From: Candidatus Latescibacterota bacterium
GTDB taxonomy: Bacteria; Latescibacterota; UBA2968; GCA-2709665
NCBI GenBank assembly: GCA_965237675.1
Contig: OZ250150.1
Span: 4,928,001-4,992,000, forward strand
Direction: 5' to 3'
DNA length: 64,000 bases
Position 1 is the stretch's first letter. Every line of letters begins with the position of its first letter. Below the pieces are notes generated by a model, which was given only the letters and a program-made list of their open reading frames with translations, had not been told where the DNA came from and did no database searches. Positions 48,592-58,145 of the stretch are shown here, piece by piece. The position numbers were made by a program, and so were the translations under genes.

Positions 48592-50466
48592 ATGGCCGAA
48601 ACAGCCGTCGAAGAGATTGACGCGGAAGGCGATTTACTGGACGAATTGACGGAGGTCGAGTCTATTGCGGTCCGATTTGCCGGCGACTCCGGCGACGGCA
48701 GCCAGTTCATTGGCGGGGAGTTTGCAAACACATCCGCCATTGCGGGCAACGACATCAGCACCATGCCGGACTTCCCCGCCGAAATTCGCGCCCCCGCGGG
48801 CACATTACCGGGAATAAGCGGGTTCCAGGTCCGCATTTCCAGCGAAGACATCTTCACTCCCGGAGACGAGCCGCAGGTGCTTGTTGCCATGAATCCGGCC
48901 GCGCTGAAAGCCAACCTCCCGGATCTGCCGCGTGGGGGAGTGGTCATCACCAATACGAACAACTTTACGCGAAACAACCTGCGCAAGGCCGGGTACCAGA
49001 CCGACCCACTGGAAGATGGATCGCTGAACGATTATCGCGTTTGCAAGGTCGCTTTAACAGCCCTGCACAAAAGGGCTGTTGCCGGGGTTGAAGGCCTTTC
49101 CAACCGACAGATCGACATGATGAAAAACTGCTTCGCCCTGGGCCTTGCCTATTGGATCTTCGACCGTCCGCTGGAACCAACGATCGGCATGCTGAAAGAG
49201 AAATTCGCCAGCCGACCCAATGTCGTTGAAGGCAATGTAACCACCTTAAAGGCCGGATACAACTACGGAGAAACGACCGAACAGTTCCAGTTCCGGTACA
49301 GGGTGCCCAAAGCCGTGGTCGAACCCGGCACGTACCGGACCGTTACCGGCGCACAGGCCACCGCAATGGGGTTCGTCACCGCCGCCCACAAGGCCGGCAA
49401 GACCCTCTTTTACGGCAGCTACCCCATCACCCCCGCCAGCGCCCTCCTCGAAGCGTTGGCCGCCTTGAAGAACTTCGACGTGCGCACCTTTCAGGCCGAA
49501 GACGAAATTGCTGCCATCGGTTCCGCCATCGGCGCCGCATTCGGGGGTGCCTTTGCCGCAACCGGCACCAGCGGACCCGGCGTCGCACTCAAGAGCGAGG
49601 CCATCAACCTGGCCCTGGTCCTGGAATTGCCCCTGGTGATCGCCAACTTTCAACGGGGCGGGCCCAGCACGGGGCTTCCCACGAAAACGGAACAGTCCGA
49701 CCTGCTCCAATGTATGTTCGGCCGCAACGGCGAAAGCCCGGTCCCCATTGTCGCGCCAGCCACATCCTCCGACTGCTTCTACTTGGGCATCGAAGCCTTT
49801 CGTATCGCCGTGGAAAGCATGTCGCCCGTCTTCTTCCTTTCCGACGGCTATCTGAACAGCAGTTCCGAACCCTGGAAAATACCCGACCCCGGGGAAATTG
49901 AACCCATCGTGGTAAAACACAGGACGGACCCCGAACGATTCGAGCCCTATATGAGGAATCCAGAGACACTGTCGCGCCCCTGGGCGCTTCCCGGCACACC
50001 CGGCCTCGAACACCGCATCGGCGGGCTGGGTAAACAGGACGGCACCGGAAACGTCTCATACGATCCGAAAGACCATGAACACATGGTGAAGATCCGCGCC
50101 GAAAAGGTCGCGCGTATCGCCAATCGGATTCCGAGGCAGGATGTATACGGCCCTCTCACAGGCGACCTGCTTGTTATCGGTTGGGGCAGCACGTACGGCG
50201 CCATCAGGACCGCGGTTCGCAGGGCGGTTTCCAACGGCCGGTCCGTTGCCCACGCCCACGTGCGATATCTGAATCCGTTTCCGGCTAACCTGGGCAACCT
50301 GCTTCTGCGCTATCGCAAGATTCTGGTTCCCGAAATAAACGGTGGGCAGCTATCAATGTTGCTCAATGCCAGGTACCCTCTGCGTGTCATCAGCTATCCT
50401 AAAGTTCAGGGTCAACCATTCAAAATTTCTGAAATTCTAAACAGAATCCACGAGTTGCTGGACTAG
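48592..50466 (+). CDS. korA: 2-oxoacid:ferredoxin oxidoreductase alpha (gamma-alpha fused) subunit
   Basis: RFAGDSGDG, FPAEIRAPAGT, SYPITPAS, QAEDEIAA, TSGPG, QRGGPSTGLPTKTEQSD. Confidence 0.93.
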   Translation: MAETAVEEIDAEGDLLDELTEVESIAVRFAGDSGDGSQFIGGEFANTSAIAGNDISTMPDFPAEIRAPAGTLPGISGFQVRISSEDIFTPGDEPQVLVAMNPAALKANLPDLPRGGVVITNTNNFTRNNLRKAGYQTDPLEDGSLNDYRVCKVALTALHKRAVAGVEGLSNRQIDMMKNCFALGLAYWIFDRPLEPTIGMLKEKFASRPNVVEGNVTTLKAGYNYGETTEQFQFRYRVPKAVVEPGTYRTVTGAQATAMGFVTAAHKAGKTLFYGSYPITPASALLEALAALKNFDVRTFQAEDEIAAIGSAIGAAFGGAFAATGTSGPGVALKSEAINLALVLELPLVIANFQRGGPSTGLPTKTEQSDLLQCMFGRNGESPVPIVAPATSSDCFYLGIEAFRIAVESMSPVFFLSDGYLNSSSEPWKIPDPGEIEPIVVKHRTDPERFEPYMRNPETLSRPWALPGTPGLEHRIGGLGKQDGTGNVSYDPKDHEHMVKIRAEKVARIANRIPRQDVYGPLTGDLLVIGWGSTYGAIRTAVRRAVSNGRSVAHAHVRYLNPFPANLGNLLLRYRKILVPEINGGQLSMLLNARYPLRVISYPKVQGQPFKISEILNRIHELLD

Positions 50467-50527
50467 CAGCCCGTTGAAAAAGTCCATCCCGGCTTCTAGA
50501 CCACCCCCTGAATCTGGAGAATTATCC

Positions 50528-52087
50528 ATGGCACTAGCCACATCGGAATTCCAACAACTAACCCGTAAGGACTTCGTTTCGGACCAGGAAGTCCGCTGGT
50601 GTCCCGGCTGTGGGGATTACGCCATTCTGGCACAGATGCAGAGGGTACTTCCCGAACTCGGCATTCCCCGGGAACAGATCGTCTTTATCTCCGGAATTGG
50701 TTGTTCCAGTCGTTTTCCGTATTATATGAACACCTATGGCGTGCACTCGATCCACGGACGTGCGCCAACCCTCGCCTCGGGCCTGAAGGTAGCCAACCCG
50801 GACCTGCATGTGTGGGTGATCACCGGGGACGGGGATGGGCTCTCCATCGGCGGCAACCATCTGCTGCATATTTTGCGCAGAAACGTGAACGTGAACATTA
50901 TCCTCTTCAACAATCGCATCTATGGGCTCACCAAGGGGCAGTACTCCCCCACGTCGTTGCCTGGACACAAGACCTACTCGTCGCCCATGGGCTCCATCGA
51001 ACAGTCCTTCAATCCCATCTCCGTAGCCATTGGCGCTGAGGCCACCTTCGTCGCGCGTTCGGTAGACAGGAATACCAAGCACCTTGCCGAAATGCTCCGT
51101 CGGGCGGCCGCGCACAAGGGCACCTCGTTTGTTGAAATCTATCAGAACTGCAATATTTACAACGATGGCGCATGGTTCCACATCACCGAAGCGGACGTGA
51201 AAGACGACCATACGTTAATTGTCGAACACGGTCAGCCGATGATATTCGGCAAGGAACACGACAAAGGCATCCGGTTGAACGGTCTGGGTCCGGAAGTCGT
51301 GAAGCTTGGCAACGGCACATCCGAAAACGCTCTGTTGGTACACGACGAAACCGCGGATCCGCCCGCGCTGGCTTACATGTTGAGCCGCATGGAATATCCC
51401 AATTTTCCGGTGCCGTTGGGCGTTCTCCGATGCGTGGAACGACCCGTTTACGAAGATCAGATTCTCGCCCAGGGGCGAGAGGCCGTCGAACAGCTTGGGG
51501 ACGCCGATTTGTCCACACTCTATCAGGCCGCGGATACATGGATTGTATCGGAAGAGGATAGCGTACCTGCAGAACGGGATGTCGTCGAGGAGGAAATCTC
51601 GACGGATATCCCCGAAATCATACCGGGAATCGGCGAAGAGGATCCGCTGGCGCCAAAGTCCGAGTTCCAGCGCCTCGTTATCGATCCGATTTCGACCATA
51701 AAGCTCCACATCCCGGAATTTATCGCACCGGGGGCTTCAATGCTGGAGGCCATGGCGCTTATGGAGGAAAAAGACGCCGGCTGTCTCCTGGTTTCTGAAG
51801 ACGGCGTCACCCTTCGAGGCATCCTGGCCGAAGGTGACTTCTTCGTAAAGGTCGTAGGTTACGACATCGACCTGGCTTCTACGCCTGTCGAAGATGTGAT
51901 GACACCCAATCCGATAACCATGAAATTGTCAGACCCTATCGGATACGCGCTGCATTTAATGGACCTGCACGGCTACCGGCATATCCCTGTTGTGGACCAC
52001 GCCGGACGGGCCGTCAAGGTGGTGTCGTTCCGGGCGGCTCTGGAATTCTTCACTCAACTTTACGACAACGGGGCATCGGGAAACTGA
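50528..52087 (+). CDS. korB: 2-oxoacid:ferredoxin oxidoreductase beta subunit with C-terminal CBS pair
   Basis: WCPGCGD, SGIGCSSR, HGRA, GDGDGLSIGGNH, NNRIYGLTKGQYSPT; acidic linker, then GILAEGDF...DVMTPNP...GYRHIPVVD. Confidence 0.9.
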   Translation: MALATSEFQQLTRKDFVSDQEVRWCPGCGDYAILAQMQRVLPELGIPREQIVFISGIGCSSRFPYYMNTYGVHSIHGRAPTLASGLKVANPDLHVWVITGDGDGLSIGGNHLLHILRRNVNVNIILFNNRIYGLTKGQYSPTSLPGHKTYSSPMGSIEQSFNPISVAIGAEATFVARSVDRNTKHLAEMLRRAAAHKGTSFVEIYQNCNIYNDGAWFHITEADVKDDHTLIVEHGQPMIFGKEHDKGIRLNGLGPEVVKLGNGTSENALLVHDETADPPALAYMLSRMEYPNFPVPLGVLRCVERPVYEDQILAQGREAVEQLGDADLSTLYQAADTWIVSEEDSVPAERDVVEEEISTDIPEIIPGIGEEDPLAPKSEFQRLVIDPISTIKLHIPEFIAPGASMLEAMALMEEKDAGCLLVSEDGVTLRGILAEGDFFVKVVGYDIDLASTPVEDVMTPNPITMKLSDPIGYALHLMDLHGYRHIPVVDHAGRAVKVVSFRAALEFFTQLYDNGASGN

Positions 52088-52105
52088 CTCAATCTGAATA
52101 AAATG

Positions 52106-52139
52106 AAGCCTCGGACGCTGATGTCCGGGGCTTTTTTTT
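52106..52139 (+). terminator. Rho-independent terminator
   Basis: AAGCCTCGGAC-GCTGAT-GTCCGGGGCTT stem running into a T8 tract. Confidence 0.9.
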
Positions 52140-52219
52140 ATAGACTTCCGGTGCTCCACAGGGACGAAAACTCCGCCATGTCATTGCGTGAAAGCTGCTG
52201 ACCCTCCCCACCACGTCCC

Positions 52220-52684
52220 TCAGCCGCCCGGTGGCCGCTTGAAGTTCACCTCCGCCACCAGATCCTGTGGAAATTCATCCATCCTTGCCGGACCCAACCG
52301 CTCCACCTCCGCCAGCCCGTGTTCAATTTTCCGTTTCAGTACGCCTACATCCACACCCAGAAACCGGCCGGGAAACTGCTTCAGCTTGAAATAGGAATTA
52401 TTGTAGTGCTTCACCACTCCATGATAGATTCCTCGCTGAAGCTGATGATACGCCGCTGCGAGTTGGATCAGGCCCTGAAAGAAAATCCGGCTCGGCTCGG
52501 TATGGCGCCGCCAGACCTGCTCCCAGGCCTCGTGGCTTTCCCAGTGCTCTTGACTGTTGAAGAGCCTCACACCTCTTTCAAAGTCCATCCAATCCTCCAC
52601 CGACATCGCCGGCTCCACCACGTCCTCGGCGTCGATGCGGTATGCACGCTTCATTCTCGCCAATTTCAGGTCTGGCCTTCCCAC
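52220..52684 (-). CDS. DUF309 family protein
   Basis: GVRLFNSQEHWESHEAWEQVW...FFQGLIQLAAAYHQ. Confidence 0.85.
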   Translation of the reverse strand: MGRPDLKLARMKRAYRIDAEDVVEPAMSVEDWMDFERGVRLFNSQEHWESHEAWEQVWRRHTEPSRIFFQGLIQLAAAYHQLQRGIYHGVVKHYNNSYFKLKQFPGRFLGVDVGVLKRKIEHGLAEVERLGPARMDEFPQDLVAEVNFKRPPGG

Positions 52685-52687
52685 GCG

Positions 52688-53425
52688 CTATCCTCCGGCG
52701 TGAATCTCGAGCATGGTCTCCAGCGCGACAAGATGAGCCTGAACTCGCACATCCATCGCCAACGCCGACGGCGTCTCCGACGTAATCAATCGATCCGTAT
52801 ACGCTTGCTTGAACAGCACAATCGGCACGCCGCCGCCAAGTCGCCGCTTTTCCACCTGAAGGTCGGGAAAAATCACCCCGTTTTCCGCAACCTCACCCTC
52901 AATCGTCGGCTGTGTATTCAGCGGACAGACCCTCGACACCCGCCGCGCAATTGTGGGCCCCGCGGGCGCCAACCCGCGAACCTGTTCGTAGAGATAGTAC
53001 CCCGAGCTCTCCCAATCTTCATGCAGATCCATTATCGCTGCAAACTTCCGCCCGCGTATAAACCGCTTGATGACGTGGATTTCCGGCACGTCCTTTCGTA
53101 AAAACGCCCAGTTGATATCCACTTCCCGGGCATTCAGACGGGTATTGTGGACGTAACCATAAGGATTCAAACAGGGAATAACGTGGAATTGGAACCGATC
53201 CAGCCACCGCTCCGGCGGCGCCTCGAGGAATGTCAGTGCCCCTTCCAACCCGGCCGGTTCGTCGCCATGTGTCCCGCCGTTGATGTATACCGCGGGTCGC
53301 GACGGATCCGTGCAAAGGGAAATACAAAAAACAGGATACCCGTTTATACGGTCCAGCACGTCAACACGGGTACCCCGGCTCGAAAGCGCCTCGGTGCGCT
53401 CAACCACCTGATTGTAGTCGCGCAT
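52688..53425 (-). CDS. M14-family metallocarboxypeptidase (succinylglutamate desuccinylase/aspartoacylase-like)
   Basis: GGTHGDEPAG, PCLNPYG...R.N...DIN, DLHED, TSETPS; start placed at ATG 53425 after AGAGG. Confidence 0.85.
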   Translation of the reverse strand: MRDYNQVVERTEALSSRGTRVDVLDRINGYPVFCISLCTDPSRPAVYINGGTHGDEPAGLEGALTFLEAPPERWLDRFQFHVIPCLNPYGYVHNTRLNAREVDINWAFLRKDVPEIHVIKRFIRGRKFAAIMDLHEDWESSGYYLYEQVRGLAPAGPTIARRVSRVCPLNTQPTIEGEVAENGVIFPDLQVEKRRLGGGVPIVLFKQAYTDRLITSETPSALAMDVRVQAHLVALETMLEIHAGG

Positions 53426-53608
53426 GACGACCGAACCTCTGCCCTGGTTTAACCAAAACACCCATAGATCTCCGGGGCCCCCGGCGCCGCTCTGCCCCGG
53501 GCCTGCGCCGGGTCGCTGACGGCGTCGGCCGGAGTCTTCCGCGCGCCCCGTTTTGCCGCAACGTTCGGCCTCGGGTACAAGAACTCGACAATCTGGAAAT
53601 CACGCAAC

Positions 53609-54928
53609 TCAAGCAAACATCTCCTTGCCAAGTGTAATACCGTGCGCTTTAACAGGATCTTCGGTTCTTCCGACTCGCTGCAGCCGGCGGGATAACTCCG
53701 AGGCCAGGATGTCACCCATCTCCTTCGTCCTGTCGGGCAGATCCCGTGCCAGATTGCGTTGCTCAGCGGGATCGCTCTTCAAATCATACAGTTCCCTCAT
53801 GGGATTGCCGTAAAAATCGGGCTCCCGGGCGACAATCAGCTTCCATCCGCCTTCGCACACGGCCCATTTGGCCATCCAGGTGCACTCCTGCGTAAGCAGC
53901 AGTTCCTCGTCTCCACCAACCGCCTCGCCCCGAATCAACGGGAGCATCGAACGTCCATCCATCTCGTGCGGGACCGGCAGTTGGGCTCCTTCGAGGATCG
54001 TCGGCGCAAGATCCGTGTGTTGAACCAGTGACCGGACGCGGGTTCCGTTCAGGTCCACACCCGGCCAGCGTACGATTAACGGCACCCGGATATCACTCTC
54101 GTACAATCCATGGTGATCAAAGTAAATGCCGTGCTCACCCAATTCCTCGCCGTGATCGCTGAAAATAAACACAGCGGTTTCGTCGGCGACACCAATCTCA
54201 TCAAGCGCGCCCAGCAACTCCTGGATTCCGTCGTCCACACACCGTACCTCCGCATCGTACTGTCTGCGCACAAATTCGATATCGGTAATCCGGGCGCCCT
54301 CCGCATCCGGCCACTCGGACGCCATCTGCCCAAGCCAGCCGGAGACCCACCAGTTCCTCAGGGGCCGCCGGTAAAAAGCGTCGAGGCTGCCCCTGTTGCG
54401 AACGGTCGGATCACCCGAATAAAAAAGCTCCCGATACCGGACGGGAGGCATGTAGGGTGTGTGAGGATCCCAATAGTGTACGAAGAGAAAAAATGGCTCG
54501 CGGCCCCGGCATTTCAACCACTCAACGGCAAGCTCGTTAAACCGAAAACAATTCGGATACGTCCCCGACTCCCGTGGATTCAGACAGACATCGAATCCTC
54601 TTGAAAACCAGGGTTTGTGATGTTCCGCCAGATTGTCCACCGCCACCGTCGCGTACCCGGCCTGTTGCAGGAATTCGGGCAGGAACGGCGCCTTCTCATC
54701 CAAAGACCATCGGCCGCGGTGCGCCACGATCCCATGTGTGGTCGACCACTGCCCGGTGAACATGGTCGTAAATGAGGGTTGCGTGGGAATTGAGGGCGCA
54801 TAGCAATTCTCGAACACCGCCGAATGGCATGCGAATTTATCCACAAACGGAGTGGTTGGCCGGCCATAGCCGTAGCATCCGAGTCGATCAGCTCGCAGGC
54901 TGTCGACGCCGATCATCAGGAAATTCAT
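53609..54928 (-). CDS. Sulfatase-like alkaline phosphatase superfamily hydrolase
   Basis: DSLRADRLGCYGY...TP, PTQPSFTTMFTG, HYWDPHTPY, YDAEV..VD, SDHGE, DHHGLYE, ELYDL..DP.E..NL. Confidence 0.88.
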   Translation of the reverse strand: MNFLMIGVDSLRADRLGCYGYGRPTTPFVDKFACHSAVFENCYAPSIPTQPSFTTMFTGQWSTTHGIVAHRGRWSLDEKAPFLPEFLQQAGYATVAVDNLAEHHKPWFSRGFDVCLNPRESGTYPNCFRFNELAVEWLKCRGREPFFLFVHYWDPHTPYMPPVRYRELFYSGDPTVRNRGSLDAFYRRPLRNWWVSGWLGQMASEWPDAEGARITDIEFVRRQYDAEVRCVDDGIQELLGALDEIGVADETAVFIFSDHGEELGEHGIYFDHHGLYESDIRVPLIVRWPGVDLNGTRVRSLVQHTDLAPTILEGAQLPVPHEMDGRSMLPLIRGEAVGGDEELLLTQECTWMAKWAVCEGGWKLIVAREPDFYGNPMRELYDLKSDPAEQRNLARDLPDRTKEMGDILASELSRRLQRVGRTEDPVKAHGITLGKEMFA

Positions 54929-54971
54929 ACGCACGCTTTCACAATGCATCCACACGGCCGATGTCACACGG

Positions 54972-55865
54972 TCATTCCGCCGCGGTCTCTCCCGCCCGAT
55001 CCACCCAATCCTCGAATTTCAACCCTCCGGACAGACGCCAGCCCGTCAGGTAAAGCGACGCGGTAAACCTCGCCGCCTCCATGGCACGTTCCGTACCAAA
55101 GGCCACCACCTCGGGGGCGGGCGACCACGCTCCTTCGCCCGCAGGCGGCAGCCGATCAGCCAGGCCATAAACAGAATCGATGAACGAACTGCTGTTCTTG
55201 ATCTGTGCGGAAATTCCAACCATCAGGCTGTCCAACGCCGCCGGCGGCTGACCCCTGGCCAGGTCACCGGGGGTCAGGTCAAGCCTGCGGATCAGATCGT
55301 CCACTTTGGAATGTATTCCCGTAAATTGCAAGGCGCCATCCGCCCCCGGCCGCCCGTCATAGTACATTGTCACATGCAGCGGCTGGCACAGGTCCTGTGC
55401 GTAATGCGCGATGAAGCCCGCATATACCAGACATTTCTGCCGGATATATGGATTCCCGGGCCAGCGCCGGTGCTCTGCGAATGCCACCGCCAGCCTCTGC
55501 GTCCATTCGGCTACCGCATAGGGGAGAAAACCCACTTTGTCCGGCGCGACGCCCTGGTTTGCGCATAACTGCATGAATCCGTTCCGGTCGGCGGGCAGCG
55601 TCGGATCCTTCAACCGTTCCGGATTGTAATAATGCTCCGGACCCTCCGCATGCCGCACGATCGGCGTGCCGCGATTTTTCGCCAGGTCCGGGTCCCATAC
55701 GTAGTGCGCGATGGCGTCTCCACCGGCCCGAAAGAACCCCGGCACCTCCTCCGGAAGAGAAGCTACGGCAGCCGTGCTGATGATACTGTGCCCACGAACC
55801 CACCAACCCCGGGCTGCGCCGGTTTGCAAAACGACCAGCAATAGGACACCAAGACACCTTGCCAT
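54972..55865 (-). CDS. Secreted S1/P1 nuclease / zinc phospholipase C-like protein
   Basis: Signal peptide, then WWVRGH, WDPDL, EHY, HYAQDLCQPLH, IHSKVD. Confidence 0.8.
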   Translation of the reverse strand: MARCLGVLLLVVLQTGAARGWWVRGHSIISTAAVASLPEEVPGFFRAGGDAIAHYVWDPDLAKNRGTPIVRHAEGPEHYYNPERLKDPTLPADRNGFMQLCANQGVAPDKVGFLPYAVAEWTQRLAVAFAEHRRWPGNPYIRQKCLVYAGFIAHYAQDLCQPLHVTMYYDGRPGADGALQFTGIHSKVDDLIRRLDLTPGDLARGQPPAALDSLMVGISAQIKNSSSFIDSVYGLADRLPPAGEGAWSPAPEVVAFGTERAMEAARFTASLYLTGWRLSGGLKFEDWVDRAGETAAE

Positions 55866-55980
55866 ATTCGACCTCGTGTAGTCGTATCACCTTTTGCGCG
55901 GAACCCGCGTAAGACACCGCTTTCGGTTTCCGAATCCGAAGTTACATCGGAGCGTGTCTTTTGTCAACGACACGTTAGCA

Positions 55981-56012
55981 GAAGCGGGGGCCTCGCGTGA
56001 GACCCCCGCTTC
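55981..56012 (-). terminator. Hairpin downstream of selC
   Basis: GAAGCGGGGG...CCCCCGCTTC inverted repeat a few nt past the tRNA CCA; U-tract is weak. Confidence 0.6.
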
Positions 56013-56018
56013 CGATGA

Positions 56019-56116
56019 TGGCGGGAATGTGTGGGAATCGAACCCACCCAGCGAGGGATTAGCACGCCGCAACGGGTTTGAAGCCCGCGAGGGCCACCAG
56101 TGCCCCATCCACTCCC
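56019..56116 (-). tRNA. selC: tRNA-Sec (anticodon UCA)
   Basis: 98 nt: GGGAGTGG...GCGGG-CTTCAAA-CCCGT, long variable arm, GGTTCGATTCC, ...CATTCCC-G-CCA; lies downstream of selB. Confidence 0.95.
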
Positions 56117-56246
56117 GCACAATGAGCAGGTTGCCGGCGATCGTGGCATCCCGATGTGTGGTACGGCAAAGCGATCCACAGCGACTGAAATCCTACCAGA
56201 AACCTTAGCGTAGCAAGCGATTCGATCCCTGAATCGACGCTTGCGT

Positions 56247-58145
56247 CTATCCCGCCAGCACCCTGACGTCCCCCTTCCTCATTGTGACGCCCTTATTGTC
56301 GAAATAGTTCAACAACGGAACCGCGTATTTGCGCGTGGTGCCGACCAGATCACGGAAGGCCGAAACACTCATTTCCCGGTGTCGTTGCAGATAATCCAAG
56401 AGCCCTTGTTCAATCTCCTCCAGCGTGTGTGGAGGAAACATCAGATTCTCGTCGAGCCTCACAATCTCCCTCATGGCCTGCATGGCGGCCGCAACAGCGT
56501 GAACTTCCGCAGAATTGTGCGCAAGTCGGGTGCCAATCTCGTTCAGATCCGGAGGCGCCGCCCGTCCCGCGTTCAGAAGCTCCAGAATCTCCTTTCTGAT
56601 CCTGCGCTGTTCCCCCGTGAAGCGGATCCGGTGATCGGCCATACGCAAAAGGGGACCCACCGGCATCAACACGTTCTGCGAAAGCAGACCATCGATTGCG
56701 CGCTCAAAAAGACCCATGGGCGGCTCTCCCGCCACCCGGAGGCGAAGTTCGTTGCGTGAAACCCCCGTCTTGAGCGGGTTGGCCCGATGGTAGACCGACA
56801 ACGCATCCTTTGTACGCTGCAGAAGCAACTGCCACGAGTCCGCATGGACGTAAATGACCTCTCCGGCGTGGTGAAAGTCGCGAGCCTCTCCTTCCGCCAG
56901 CAGACCCTGCAGCCGATCGTTTGTCTCGGACAGGGACAGACCCAACGCCGCCGCGAGGTCTCTGGCGGAAAGCGCCCGAAAACCCGCCGCCCTCAACCGA
57001 AATCCCAGCACCCGGGTCGGATCCTCAACCTCGAACCCCCGCAGCCTCTCCAGCGTGTCCTCTCGAAAACGTCGATGCTTAACCGGTTGCGCATCCAGCA
57101 CCACCCCGCCACCCAGCGTCTGTACGGGCGAATAACGTCGGATCACATAACGGTCTCCCTGGGCGGCCACGCCGCGCCCCTCCAGGCGGAACTGCACCAA
57201 CTGGGACTCGCCGGGATGCAACTCGTCCGTCTCCAGGAGGATCACACGCGCGAGCACTTCGCGAGGTCCGAGGTGCAGATGCACACGCGCCCGATTTTTC
57301 AGCGATGCCGGCGCATCCTTCAGCAACCACAGGCGCGCGTCTAGCATATAGGTAGAACTGAAATAACCCTGCTGAGCCAGAAAATCGCCCCGCGTGACCT
57401 GATCCAGTTCCGTATCGGCCAGATTGATCGCCGCTCGATGACCAACGTGAGCCGAGTCCACGTCCCGGCCGTGCACCTGCACCCCACGCACACGTACAGC
57501 CCGGTCGGCCGGCTGAAGCATCACCACGTCCTTCACCCGAACCTGGCCGGAAAGTACGGTGCCGGTCACGACCGTACCAAACCCCCGGATCGAGAATGCC
57601 CGATCCACGGGCAGGCGGAACACCCCGCGATCCGGACGCGCCTCGACCTTCTCAATTTCCTCCTCCAGCAATGTCCGAAGGTTCTCAATCCCCTCGCCGG
57701 TCACCGCAGACACCGGCACAACCGGCGCGCCATCCAAGAACGTCCCTTCAAACAGATCGCGCAAATCCTCCACCACCAGATCGGCCCAATCCGGCTCCGC
57801 CAGATCAACCTTATTCAGCGCCACAACGCCCCGGCGCACGCCCAGCAGATTCAGAATACCCAGATGTTCACGTGTCTGGGGCATGGCACCGTCATCCGCC
57901 GCGACCACAAACAACGCGAGGTCCACGGTGCACACGCCCGTCACCATATTCTTTATAAACCGTTCGTGACCGGGCACATCGATTATTGTGACATGGTCCT
58001 TCCAGTATGCAAATCCGATATCGATCGTGACCCCTCTGTCCTTCTCCTGCGGGAGCGTATCCGTATCGATACCCGTCAGCGCCTTGACCAGCGCTGTCTT
58101 GCCATGATCGATATGGCCTGCCGTACCGATGATCACGTGTGACAT
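56247..58145 (-). CDS. selB: Selenocysteine-specific elongation factor
   Basis: GTAGHIDHGKT, DVPGHERFIKNM, FRLPVDRAF, C-terminal winged helices with TTRKYAVPLLNYFD. Confidence 0.97.
   Translation of the reverse strand: MSHVIIGTAGHIDHGKTALVKALTGIDTDTLPQEKDRGVTIDIGFAYWKDHVTIIDVPGHERFIKNMVTGVCTVDLALFVVAADDGAMPQTREHLGILNLLGVRRGVVALNKVDLAEPDWADLVVEDLRDLFEGTFLDGAPVVPVSAVTGEGIENLRTLLEEEIEKVEARPDRGVFRLPVDRAFSIRGFGTVVTGTVLSGQVRVKDVVMLQPADRAVRVRGVQVHGRDVDSAHVGHRAAINLADTELDQVTRGDFLAQQGYFSSTYMLDARLWLLKDAPASLKNRARVHLHLGPREVLARVILLETDELHPGESQLVQFRLEGRGVAAQGDRYVIRRYSPVQTLGGGVVLDAQPVKHRRFREDTLERLRGFEVEDPTRVLGFRLRAAGFRALSARDLAAALGLSLSETNDRLQGLLAEGEARDFHHAGEVIYVHADSWQLLLQRTKDALSVYHRANPLKTGVSRNELRLRVAGEPPMGLFERAIDGLLSQNVLMPVGPLLRMADHRIRFTGEQRRIRKEILELLNAGRAAPPDLNEIGTRLAHNSAEVHAVAAAMQAMREIVRLDENLMFPPHTLEEIEQGLLDYLQRHREMSVSAFRDLVGTTRKYAVPLLNYFDNKGVTMRKGDVRVLAG

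Noticed and set aside
53449-53607. Possible small ORF (RDFQIVEFLYPRP...) between the sulfatase-like and M14 genes
   Set aside because: Weak start and low-complexity sequence; cannot be supported.
56019-56060. selC as an integration site for the island
   Set aside because: No duplicated tRNA 3' end or integrase seen, and core-type genes flank selC.
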